Below, in pieces: positions 26,515 to 35,504 of a stretch of 64,000 nt of DNA. The stretch's first letter is position 1; every line of letters begins with the position of its first letter. Below the pieces are notes generated by a model that did not search any database, was not told the DNA's origin, and saw nothing but the letters and a program-made list of their open reading frames with translations. The stretch spans positions 1,440,001 through 1,504,000 of the forward strand of contig OZ242296.1 in NCBI GenBank assembly GCA_965207735.1. Reading direction: 5' to 3'. This DNA comes from Candidatus Versatilivorator sp. GTDB lineage: Bacteria > Acidobacteriota > Terriglobia > Versatilivoradales > Versatilivoraceae. The translations under genes were made by a program, and so were the position numbers.

Positions 26515-28610
26515 GGCTCCACTCCATCCAACGGAGCGGCGCCATTGCCCTGGCTCCAGTTGGGCTGCAACTCCAGAAAAAGAGTGTAAATGCCCCGCTT
26601 CACAAACAGCGGGATGTTGGCTGGTTTCCGGTTGCCGGCGGCCTCCAGGTGAGCCTCCAGATCCTGCACTCCCCTGACTTCTTGGCGATCCACGGCCTTG
26701 ATGAGGTCTCGAGCCTTCAATCCGGCCACTGCAGCCCATCCTCCCGCATCCACCTGCGAGACCAGGGCACCGCTTTCCTCCTCCGACCAGCGATTGGCGA
26801 CGCGGTCCAGGTAGGAGATATCCCGGGCCTTGAATTCGAAGCGGAGGTCCTCGTAGACCGGCAACTCTCCTTCCGAGGTGGGCATGGCGACCAGCTCGGC
26901 ACTCAGGGCGCTGGTCTCTCCCGACCGTATCAGGGTGAATTCGGCCTGGCTGCCGACCCGGTAGGCCCGAATCATGGTCTTGAATACCTCGGCGTCCTGG
27001 GGTTCGGAAGCCTCGATGACCTGGGAATCGACATGAGTCAGGATATCCCCCACCTTGAAGCCGGCGGCTTCGGCGGAACTGCCGGGATAGACCTGGGTAA
27101 TTCTCACCCCCTTCTTGCCCGGAAGGTCGAGGGCCTTGGCCAGCTTGCGCGACAGCACCTGCGTCGCGACCGGCAGCCAGGCCTTTCTGGCTTCGGCCGG
27201 GGGCCTCTGCGGGCGCCTCAGACCCACTTCCACCAGGGTCAGCAGGCGCTCGGAACGGCGATCGAACGCGACCACCACCGGGACGGGGCCTTGCCGGCCG
27301 CGGCAGATCTCGGTGGTCAATCGATCGAAGGAGCGCACTCCCTCCACCGCCTTTCCGTCGATCTCCACGATGACGTCGCCCGGCCGCAGGCGGGGCACGG
27401 CCTTGTCGGCCGCCCCCCCGGGTCGAATGCTGCTGACCAGCACGCCCTCCAGACTCGGGCGGTGCAGTTGCTTGGATTCCAGCCGGGTCAAACGCCTGAG
27501 GGTTATTCCCCATTCCCTGGCCTCGGCCTCCCTGCCCCTGGCGTCATCGCGCAACTCGGGAGTGATGCTCAAGGATTGCTCGACCTCTCCCCGCTTCACC
27601 TTCACCTGCATGGGGACGCCCACGGTCTTGGAGAGCAGTCGCCGAATCAAGCCCGGCATCTCTTCCTCGAATTTGACCCGGACCGGCTCACCGTCAATGC
27701 TCAAAAGGATGTCGCCCGGCCGGAGCCCGGCCCGGTCCGACGGAGAGCCCGGCAGTACTCCCGACACCAGCGCCCCCTGGTCCGCCGTGGCTGTCGCACC
27801 GTTTTTCAACAGCGGCTGAAAGCCGGCGCCCACCCAGGACCGGCGCACCCGGCCATGCTCGATCAATTTCTGGGAGACCGGTTGAGCCAATTCGCTGGGG
27901 ATGGCGCCCCCCAGACCGAGCCCGATCTCGTTGATGCCCACGATCTCACCCCGCAGGTTCACCAGCGGGCCGCCGGAGTTCCCCGGGAAAATGCCGGCGT
28001 CGTGTCCGATCCACTTGACCACGGATCCGACGTTTTCCCCATCCAGCCGCAGGGGAGCGCTCATGCGCTTGGGAATCATCATGTCCTTGTTGGAGACCAC
28101 TCCGCGGGTCACCGACTGCGAGATGGCCAGGGGACATCCCATGGCCAGGACGGGCTCTCCCACCGCAAGGGCCTCCGAGCTGCCGAATCGGGCGATCGGC
28201 AGGGGTCCGCCGGCGGGGTCCCGGGAGGACATGTCCAGCTTGATCACGGCAATATCGGCCAGGGCGTCGGTCCCCACCAGCTCGGCTTCCAACTCTTCCC
28301 GAGTGGAGAGGACGCAGCGAATCGAGGTCGCCTTGCCGGCCACGTGGTGGTTGGTGATGACATAGCCCTCAGGGGATATGATGACCCCGCTCCCGGTGGA
28401 TTCGAACTTGCGCCCTCTGCCTCCCCCGTGCCGCAGAGACAACACATAGATTTGAACCAGGGCCGGATAGACGGCATCGATGGCCCGCTGGACCTGCTGC
28501 TCGGTCCCCGGCCTCCTGCTCGCCTCCGCCGCTGCCGCGGGGGAAGCCAAAAGGGAGGACACCACCAACGCCACCAACCCCGAGACTCCCATTTTCCTTC
28601 GATGAACCAT
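26511..28610 (-). CDS. HtrA/DegP-like serine protease with multiple PDZ domains
   Basis: GSGVIISPEGYVITNHHV, DIAVIKL, IFPGNSGGPL; four PDZ-like segments (GLRPGDIL, LRPGDVI, GFKVGDIL, GLKARDLI); start uncertain. Confidence 0.88.
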   Translation of the reverse strand: MVHRRKMGVSGLVALVVSSLLASPAAAAEASRRPGTEQQVQRAIDAVYPALVQIYVLSLRHGGGRGRKFESTGSGVIISPEGYVITNHHVAGKATSIRCVLSTREELEAELVGTDALADIAVIKLDMSSRDPAGGPLPIARFGSSEALAVGEPVLAMGCPLAISQSVTRGVVSNKDMMIPKRMSAPLRLDGENVGSVVKWIGHDAGIFPGNSGGPLVNLRGEIVGINEIGLGLGGAIPSELAQPVSQKLIEHGRVRRSWVGAGFQPLLKNGATATADQGALVSGVLPGSPSDRAGLRPGDILLSIDGEPVRVKFEEEMPGLIRRLLSKTVGVPMQVKVKRGEVEQSLSITPELRDDARGREAEAREWGITLRRLTRLESKQLHRPSLEGVLVSSIRPGGAADKAVPRLRPGDVIVEIDGKAVEGVRSFDRLTTEICRGRQGPVPVVVAFDRRSERLLTLVEVGLRRPQRPPAEARKAWLPVATQVLSRKLAKALDLPGKKGVRITQVYPGSSAEAAGFKVGDILTHVDSQVIEASEPQDAEVFKTMIRAYRVGSQAEFTLIRSGETSALSAELVAMPTSEGELPVYEDLRFEFKARDISYLDRVANRWSEEESGALVSQVDAGGWAAVAGLKARDLIKAVDRQEVRGVQDLEAHLEAAGNRKPANIPLFVKRGIYTLFLELQPNWSQGNGAAPLDGVEP

Positions 28611-28669
28611 GCAGACCCTCCCGGGCTTGCGCCAACCGCTTCCTTGACCGCCGTTCATGGCGCCCCGGA

Positions 28670-30127
28670 TCAGTACCTGGGCACTGAGGGATCCACCTCT
28701 TGAGACCAGCGGTCGATGCCTCCGGTGAGATTCTTCACATTGGTAAAGCCGGCCTTCTGCATCTGTTCCACCGCCCTGGCGCTGCGCCCGCCCAGCTTGC
28801 AATGGACCACGATCTCGTCATCGGAATTCAACTCGCCCATGCGTTGGCCCAGTTGTCCCAGCGGGATCAGAATGGAGCCGGGCAGGCAGCAGATGTCATA
28901 CTCGTGGGATTCCCGCACATCCAGGATCACGGGAGTTTCTCCGTTATCCAGCATGGTTTTGAGTTCCTTGGGTGTCATTTCGTCGGACTCCTCGGGCGCA
29001 TCCGCCCCGGCCGCAGCCTGAGGCGAAATACCGCAAAATTGTTGGTAGTCGATCAAGGCCTTGATGGTGGGCTGTTCTCCGCAGAGAGGGCATTTCGGAT
29101 TCTTTCGCAGCTTCAGCTCCCGAAACTTCATCTGCAACGCATCGTAAAGAATCAGACGCCCCACCAGGGATCGGCCGCTTCCCAGAATCAACTTGACGGC
29201 TTCGGTGGCCTGAACCAGTCCGATGATTCCGGGAAGGATCCCCAAAACGCCCCCCTCGGCGCAACTGGGCACCAGTCCCGGAGGGGGTGGCTCGGGATAG
29301 AGGCAGCGGTAGCAGGGACCCTGCCTGGCGTCGAACACGGATGCCTGACCCTCGAACCGAAAGATGCTCCCGTAGACGTTGGGCTTGTTCAGAAGAACAC
29401 AGGCGTCGTTCACCAGGTAACGCGTGGGGAAGTTGTCGGTTCCGTCAATTACGATGTCGTATCCGACAATGATGTCCAAAGCGTTGTCGGAAGTCAGCAT
29501 GGCTTCGTAGGTCTCCACCCGGACGTTGGGATTGATATCCAGAATCTTCTCCCGGGCCGAGTCCAGCTTGGGGCGACCCACATCCTTGGTGCCGTGAATG
29601 ACCTGCCGCTGCAGGTTGCTGAAATCGACGATGTCGAAGTCTACCAATCCCAGCTTTCCGATGCCGGCGGCCGAAAGATAGAGGCCCAGCGGAGCCCCGA
29701 GCCCCCCGGTCCCGACGAGCAGGACCCTGGCGGCCTTCAGCTTCTTTTGGCCCTCCATGCCGACTTCCGGCATGATGAGGTGCCGGCTGTACCTCTGGAT
29801 CTCATCCTGGCTGAGGTCCATGCTTTCCGAAGCCACCTCGACGGCAGGAAGGCTTCCGCCGGCGATGGATGGCACGATGCTCAAGACGTCCCCTTCCTTC
29901 ACGGGCGTCCGGTCTTCCTGCAGATACCGCACATCCTCGTCGTTGATGTACAGGTTGACAAAGTTGCGGACCTGCCCCTCGTCATTCAGCAGGTGGGGCT
30001 TGAGCTCAGGAAAACGCCGGACCAGTCCGTCGATCACCTCACCCACGGATTCGCCGCTCAGTTCCACCTCGTCCCGATTGCCCGTGAGATGTCGCAACGC
30101 AACCGGCAGGAGCACCTTCAAAGCCAT
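28670..30127 (-). CDS. moeB: MoaD/CysO-like ubiquitin domain fused to MoeB/MoeZ adenylyltransferase and rhodanese
   Basis: N-terminal ...IVPSIAGG, then RYSRHL, VGTGGLG, SNLQRQ, DGTDNF, CYRC, CPLC, HCKLGGRS. Confidence 0.92.
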   Translation of the reverse strand: MALKVLLPVALRHLTGNRDEVELSGESVGEVIDGLVRRFPELKPHLLNDEGQVRNFVNLYINDEDVRYLQEDRTPVKEGDVLSIVPSIAGGSLPAVEVASESMDLSQDEIQRYSRHLIMPEVGMEGQKKLKAARVLLVGTGGLGAPLGLYLSAAGIGKLGLVDFDIVDFSNLQRQVIHGTKDVGRPKLDSAREKILDINPNVRVETYEAMLTSDNALDIIVGYDIVIDGTDNFPTRYLVNDACVLLNKPNVYGSIFRFEGQASVFDARQGPCYRCLYPEPPPPGLVPSCAEGGVLGILPGIIGLVQATEAVKLILGSGRSLVGRLILYDALQMKFRELKLRKNPKCPLCGEQPTIKALIDYQQFCGISPQAAAGADAPEESDEMTPKELKTMLDNGETPVILDVRESHEYDICCLPGSILIPLGQLGQRMGELNSDDEIVVHCKLGGRSARAVEQMQKAGFTNVKNLTGGIDRWSQEVDPSVPRY

Positions 30128-30173
30128 TTCTCCTCCTCAAGGATCATCCCCACGCTCGCTGGACATAGTATAG

Positions 30174-30247
30174 CCCGCATTTCCTGCCGGGTCGCCGCGC
30201 AGGGGATGAAATATTGCATCGGGCCAGCACCCGGTAGGCAATGTGGG
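30174..30247. repeat. 74-bp hairpin element with an IS1380-like terminus
   Basis: 19-nt arms with 16/19 Watson-Crick pairs (30174-30192 and 30229-30247); inner palindrome gatgaaatattgcatc. Confidence 0.5.
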
Positions 30248-30253
30248 GCCGGC

Positions 30254-30679
30254 TCACCCGGCTTCGAATTCCTCGGGGCTGAAACGGGACCGGTCGTCGG
30301 TCAGCCTCCAGCAGGTCATGGCTCCGGCCCTTCCCAGGGAAACCGAGACAATGAGGTATGAGTAGAAGGGCCAGGCATGATCCAGATCGAACTGAGAGGG
30401 CCGGGCCTCGGCGTTGGGATGGGAGTGGTAGAAGCCCAGCACATCCATGCCCTTTTCCCGCGCCCGTTTCTCGGCTTCGAACATGGTCCCGGGTGAGATC
30501 AGAAATCGGTTGTGCCGGTCGCTCTCCTTGCGTGCATTCTCGGCCGGAAGCAACTCAAGGATGTGCTTGTCTCCCTGAACCAGCCGCCCCAGCATCAAGC
30601 CACAGCACTCGTTGGGATAAGTGGCCTCCCCGTGAGCTTGAATGGCCCGGGGATGCTCCCGTTTCAATTTAACCACCAC
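30254..30679 (-). CDS. JAMM/MPN+ metallopeptidase (Mec-like, M67)
   Basis: YPNECCG, GFYHSHP...ARPS..D. Confidence 0.9.
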   Translation of the reverse strand: MVVKLKREHPRAIQAHGEATYPNECCGLMLGRLVQGDKHILELLPAENARKESDRHNRFLISPGTMFEAEKRAREKGMDVLGFYHSHPNAEARPSQFDLDHAWPFYSYLIVSVSLGRAGAMTCWRLTDDRSRFSPEEFEAG

Positions 30680-31610
30680 CCTTGCCGACTCCCCAGAACC
30701 GCTCGTTCAGGTATTTCATGCCTCCGTCGCACAGCACCGTCACCACCACCCCGGCCTCCAGGCCCTTGGCGATCTCGACAGCCGCCACCACGTTGGCCCC
30801 GGCCGAGATCCCGACCAGAAGGCCTTCTTCACGGGCCAGCCGGCGAACCATCTCCTGAGCCGCTTCCGTGGACACCTCCAACTGCCGGTCGGCCAAGCGG
30901 CTGTCGTAGATCGGCGGGACGATGGAGGAAGGCATGTGCTTCATCCCTTCCAGGCCGTGCAGAGGCGAGTCCGGCTGCATGGCGATACACTCGATGCCCG
31001 CATCGAACTCCTTCAGCCTCCGGGTGGTCCCCACAAAGGTGCCGCTGGTACCGAGTCCGGCCACGAAATGGGTCACCCGCCCGCCGGTTTGCCGGTAGAC
31101 TTCGACCGCCGTGCTCCGGTAGTGAGCTTGCCAATTGGCCGGATTCCCGTACTGATCCGGGTAGAAGTAAAGGTCCGGGTTTTCCGAGTAGAGTCTTTTG
31201 GCTGCCCGAATGGCTCCGTCGGATCCCTCTCTGCCGCTGGTCAATACCAGTTCCGCGCCGTAAGCCTGCAAGATCTTGAGTCTTTCCGGGGTCACGTTTT
31301 CCGGCATGGCCAAACGCACCGGAATCCCCCGCACCGCCCCGATCATGGCATAGGCAATCCCGGTATTCCCGGAGGTGGCATCCAGCAGGATCTTTCCCGG
31401 CTTGAGCTTGCCTGATCTCTCCCCCTGCTCGATCATCTCCAGCGCGGGACGGTCCTTGATCGAGCCCCCGGGATTGAACCATTCCGCCTTGGCATAGACG
31501 GCGACGCCGGGTGCCCCTTGCCAGACCCGCTCGAGGGGAATCAGGGGGGTGTTGCCGATCGTATCCAGAACGGCTGTTGCTCCACCGGCTTCCAGGGTCT
31601 GGGACTTCAT
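30669..31610 (-). CDS. cysM: Cysteine synthase family PLP enzyme (CysM-like)
   Basis: IGNTPL, KAEWFNPGGSIKDR, ATSGNTG, GLGTSGT, KYL. Confidence 0.9.
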   Translation of the reverse strand: MKSQTLEAGGATAVLDTIGNTPLIPLERVWQGAPGVAVYAKAEWFNPGGSIKDRPALEMIEQGERSGKLKPGKILLDATSGNTGIAYAMIGAVRGIPVRLAMPENVTPERLKILQAYGAELVLTSGREGSDGAIRAAKRLYSENPDLYFYPDQYGNPANWQAHYRSTAVEVYRQTGGRVTHFVAGLGTSGTFVGTTRRLKEFDAGIECIAMQPDSPLHGLEGMKHMPSSIVPPIYDSRLADRQLEVSTEAAQEMVRRLAREEGLLVGISAGANVVAAVEIAKGLEAGVVVTVLCDGGMKYLNERFWGVGKGGG

Positions 31611-31680
31611 GGGCTTTACCTGATTTACCGCCGACTTCCGCAGCCCCGTAGACTAACATGATCGCCACCGCTTCACAATC

Positions 31681-31716
31681 TCCCCCCGAGGCTCCCCCCG
31701 AGGCTCCCCCCGAGGC
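31681..31716. repeat. 12-bp tandem repeat, three copies
   Basis: tccccccgaggc three times in the divergent cysM/dprA intergenic region. Confidence 0.9.
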
Positions 31717-31867
31717 AGGGTCCTCTGATATACTGTGGTCGGTTCGACTCCCTCCACGTCGGTAAATATCCCTGGAAAAATTGTTGTTTTTCTCTGCCGG
31801 CGGCAAGCTGCGCAGGTCTCTGTCTCTCAGATCGAGATCGCCATAGAATCCCTGAAGGATCGAGCCC

Positions 31868-32965
31868 GTGGACGAAGACATTCTCTCCTGCCTGATGCTG
31901 ACCTCGGTGAAGGGGCTCGGCTGCCGGGGCGCCCATCGGCTGATGGCTGCCCTGGGATCACCGCGGGAGGTGGTCCAGGCAAGCCCGGGCGCCCTCACCC
32001 GCCTGGGCCTTTCAGACGATATCGCCGGATCCCTGTCGTCGGAACAGGTTCGCCTGCAAGCCGAAAGGGAACTGCACAAGTGCCGGCGGCACCAGGTCAC
32101 CGTGCTGACTCTCCAGGACCCCCGTTACCCCGCCCTGCTCAAGCAAATTTTCGATCCTCCCATCCTCCTGTTCGCCGCCGGAGACCCCTCATGCCTCGCC
32201 CTCCCCTCGATTTCCATGGTGGGCTCCCGCAAGGCCACCGCCTATGGCCTCAACACGGCTGAGAGAATTGCCTGCGACCTCGCGGAACGTGGGCTCCTGG
32301 TCACGAGCGGACTGGCAAGAGGCATCGACACCGCCTCTCACCGGGGGGCGTTGCGGGGCAAGGGAGCAACGGTGGCGGTCCTGGGCAGCGGCCTTGACCG
32401 CATCTACCCGCGAGAAAACCGGTCCCTCGCCCGGGAGATCGGCGGCAAGGGCTGCATCCTCTCCGAGTTTCCGCTGGGCACCCGTCCCCTGCCGCAGAAC
32501 TTCCCCATACGGAATCGCATCATCAGCGGCATTTCGCTGGCTACCTGCATGGTGGAGGCCAACCAATCCAGCGGCTCGCTCATCACAGCCCGCCTGGCGC
32601 TGGATCAAGGACGGGAGGTGTTGGCAGTGCCGGGAAACATCACCTCCGAAACCAGTTATGGCCCCAATCTGTGGATCAAGCAGGGAGCCAAACTGGTTCA
32701 GGATTGGCGGGACATCGTGGAGGAGTTGCCCCCGTTTATCCAGGAGCAGCTAGAGGTCTCCACCGGCTCGCCGCAACCGGAAACACTGACCCAAAGGGAG
32801 CAGCAGGTTTTGGAATCGTTGAGTGCCGACCAGGCCATGCCTATTGATCACCTGCTGGAATCGACCCGGTTGACATCGTCGGAACTTTTGTGCACGCTGT
32901 CTGAGTTGGAGATGAAGGACAGGATCCGACAGCTCCCCGGAAAAGCCTTTCTGAAGCGCTTGTGA
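31868..32965 (+). CDS. dprA: DNA-protecting protein DprA
   Basis: YPALLKQIFDPP, VGSR, SGLARGID, NFPIRNRIISG, SGSLITA. Confidence 0.95.
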   Translation: MDEDILSCLMLTSVKGLGCRGAHRLMAALGSPREVVQASPGALTRLGLSDDIAGSLSSEQVRLQAERELHKCRRHQVTVLTLQDPRYPALLKQIFDPPILLFAAGDPSCLALPSISMVGSRKATAYGLNTAERIACDLAERGLLVTSGLARGIDTASHRGALRGKGATVAVLGSGLDRIYPRENRSLAREIGGKGCILSEFPLGTRPLPQNFPIRNRIISGISLATCMVEANQSSGSLITARLALDQGREVLAVPGNITSETSYGPNLWIKQGAKLVQDWRDIVEELPPFIQEQLEVSTGSPQPETLTQREQQVLESLSADQAMPIDHLLESTRLTSSELLCTLSELEMKDRIRQLPGKAFLKRL

Positions 32966-33029
32966 GTGGGTTCTCCTCCGGAAGGTGGTCGCCTCGGAGA
33001 GACCGGTCCCTCGAAAATCGGTAACGCTC

Positions 33030-35438
33030 GTGCCAAAATCATTGGTCATTGTCGAGTCCCCCGCCAAGGCCCGGACCATCAACCGCTACCTCGGCAAGGA
33101 TTTCAGTGTCAAAGCTTCCATGGGACACGTGCGGGATCTCCCCAAGAAAGAACTGGGAGTCGATCTGAAAAACCGATTTCAGCCGACCTATGAACTGATA
33201 CCCGGCAAGGAAAAGGTAATCCAGTCCCTCAAGTCCGCGGCCCGGGGAGTGGATTCCGTCTACATCGCCACAGATCCGGACCGCGAGGGTGAGGCTATCG
33301 GCTGGCACTTGTCGGAAGCATTGTCGCAGGCTGATGGAAAGTACAAGTTCTTTCGAGTGCTCTTCAATGAGATCACTCAAAAAGCCGTTCGGCAGGCCTT
33401 CGATCGTCCCGGAGAGATCGATTCCCGGCTGGTGGACGCCCAACAGGCCAGGCGAATCCTCGACCGCCTGGTCGGCTACAAGATCAGTCCCCTGCTTTGG
33501 CGGAGGGTCCGCCGGGGAACCTCGGCCGGCCGGGTTCAGACGGCAGCCTTGAGATTGGTCGTCGAACGCGAAAGAGAGATCGACGCCTTCCAATCCAAGG
33601 AGTACTGGACTCTCACGGCCAATCTCTCGGCTTCCCAACCCCCTGCCTTCGACGCCCGCCTTCAGAAATTCAAGCGCAAGAACATCGAGGTCACCAACGA
33701 AAAGCAGGCGCAGGAGATCGTCGGAGCCCTGGATGGAGCCTCATTCACCGTCGAGAGCGTCACCACCAAGGAAAGGAAACGGAATCCGGTCCCTCCGTTC
33801 ATTACCAGCAAGCTTCAGCAGGAAGGGGCCCGCAAGCTGCGGTTTTCGGTGAAAAAGACCATGGCGGTGGCTCAACGCCTGTACGAGGGGATTGAACTGG
33901 GGGAGGAAGGCAGCGTCGGCTTGATCACCTACATGCGTACCGACTCCCTTCGGGTTTCCAACGACGCGCTGAACGAAGTCCGAACCTACATTGCTCAGAA
34001 CTACGGCAATCGATACCTGCCCGCCAAGGCCAAGTATTACCGCAGCCGCAAGGACGCCCAGGATGCTCATGAGGCCATTCGGCCCACCTCGGCGGGTCGT
34101 CGTCCCGACGAGATCCGGAAATTTCTCAGCCCCGACGAGTTCAGACTCTACAAGCTCATCTGGCAGCGGTTCGTGGCTTCCCAGATGCAGGCGGCGCTAT
34201 TGGACCAGACCGTGGTGGAGGTTGCTGCCGGACCGTACCTCTTCAGAGCTTCCGGCTCAGTCTTGAAGTTCGACGGTTTCCTGAAAGTCTATGAAGAAGG
34301 CCGGGACGACAAGACCGAGGAGGAGCCTGCCACCTCCCTGCCGCCCCTGACCAAGGGCGAGGTCTTGCAGTTGAACAAACTGTTGCCCGAGCAGCACTTC
34401 ACTCAACCTCCGCCTCGCTTCACCGAGGCCACCCTGGTGAAAGCGCTGGAGGAGAAGGGCATCGGCCGTCCCTCCACCTACGCCGCCATTCTCACCACCA
34501 TCCAGGACCGCGAATACACGATCAAGAAGGAGGGAAGGTTCCGTCCCACCGATCTGGGGCTGGTGGTGAATGATCTGCTGGTGGCCAGTTTTTCCGATCT
34601 CTTCGATATCCAGTACACGGCCCGCATGGAAAAGGAGCTGGATGACATCGAGCAGGGCAAGGTTCCCTGGATCAAGGCCCTGCAGGATTTTTACGGCAAA
34701 TTTTCCACCGATCTCAACCAGGCCCGGAGCCAGATGAAGGTCACGGAAGAACAAACCGGGGAGAGTTGTGAAAAATGCGGGAAACCCCTCGTGATCCGGT
34801 GGGGGCGTCACGGAAGGTTTATCGCCTGTTCCGGGTTTCCGGCCTGCAAGAACACCCGGGAGCTTGCAGCAAAGGATGGAGATCCGGCCGGCGCCGCGGA
34901 GTCTGAAAAAGAGGCCCCACAGGAATCCTGCCCCAACTGCGGCAAACCCATGGCCCTGAGAAAGGGACGCTTTGGACCCTTCCTGGCCTGCACGGGTTAC
35001 CCGGAATGCAAGACCACCCGGAAGCCGGGAGCTGCCGACTCCGGCCAGCCTACGGCCGCGCAAGCGCTGCTGGAGGAAAAGTGTCCCCGCTGCGACAACC
35101 CTCTGGCCGTCAGACAGGGGCGTTTTGGGGAGTTTACGGCCTGCAGCAACTACCCGAAATGCAGATACGTCAAAAGGCAAACCCTGGAAGTCGCCTGCCC
35201 TCAGCCCGATTGCGGCGGTGAAATCGTCGAGAGGAAGTCCCGTCGAGGCAAGACTTTCTACGGGTGTGACCGGTATCCCGAATGTCGATTCGTCCTCTGG
35301 AACAAGCCGGTCAAAAAGGCTTGCCCGCAATGCGGCGCGGCCTTTGTCCTGGAAAAAGTGACCCGGAAGAAGGCGATCCTGCACACCTGCCACGACCCGT
35401 CCTGCGATTTTCAGGAGTCGGCCGGAGAGGTGGCCTGA
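33030..35438 (+). CDS. topA: DNA topoisomerase I
   Basis: LVIVESPAKA, ATDPDREGEAI, SAGRVQ, ITYMRTD, GIGRPSTY, C-terminal Zn ribbons; GTG start. Confidence 0.97.
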   Translation: MPKSLVIVESPAKARTINRYLGKDFSVKASMGHVRDLPKKELGVDLKNRFQPTYELIPGKEKVIQSLKSAARGVDSVYIATDPDREGEAIGWHLSEALSQADGKYKFFRVLFNEITQKAVRQAFDRPGEIDSRLVDAQQARRILDRLVGYKISPLLWRRVRRGTSAGRVQTAALRLVVEREREIDAFQSKEYWTLTANLSASQPPAFDARLQKFKRKNIEVTNEKQAQEIVGALDGASFTVESVTTKERKRNPVPPFITSKLQQEGARKLRFSVKKTMAVAQRLYEGIELGEEGSVGLITYMRTDSLRVSNDALNEVRTYIAQNYGNRYLPAKAKYYRSRKDAQDAHEAIRPTSAGRRPDEIRKFLSPDEFRLYKLIWQRFVASQMQAALLDQTVVEVAAGPYLFRASGSVLKFDGFLKVYEEGRDDKTEEEPATSLPPLTKGEVLQLNKLLPEQHFTQPPPRFTEATLVKALEEKGIGRPSTYAAILTTIQDREYTIKKEGRFRPTDLGLVVNDLLVASFSDLFDIQYTARMEKELDDIEQGKVPWIKALQDFYGKFSTDLNQARSQMKVTEEQTGESCEKCGKPLVIRWGRHGRFIACSGFPACKNTRELAAKDGDPAGAAESEKEAPQESCPNCGKPMALRKGRFGPFLACTGYPECKTTRKPGAADSGQPTAAQALLEEKCPRCDNPLAVRQGRFGEFTACSNYPKCRYVKRQTLEVACPQPDCGGEIVERKSRRGKTFYGCDRYPECRFVLWNKPVKKACPQCGAAFVLEKVTRKKAILHTCHDPSCDFQESAGEVA

Positions 35439-35504
35439 CGCCGTCCTGCCCGGCGCCGAGTCCGGGCTCTTTCCCATGTCCTCTCTAACAATAAATCACC
35501 TCTC

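Noticed and set aside
25678-27513. 611-aa ORF implying a long overlap with the HtrA gene
   Set aside because: The real start is most likely 26514 (signal peptide, ATGA coupling); the upstream part is an alternate frame
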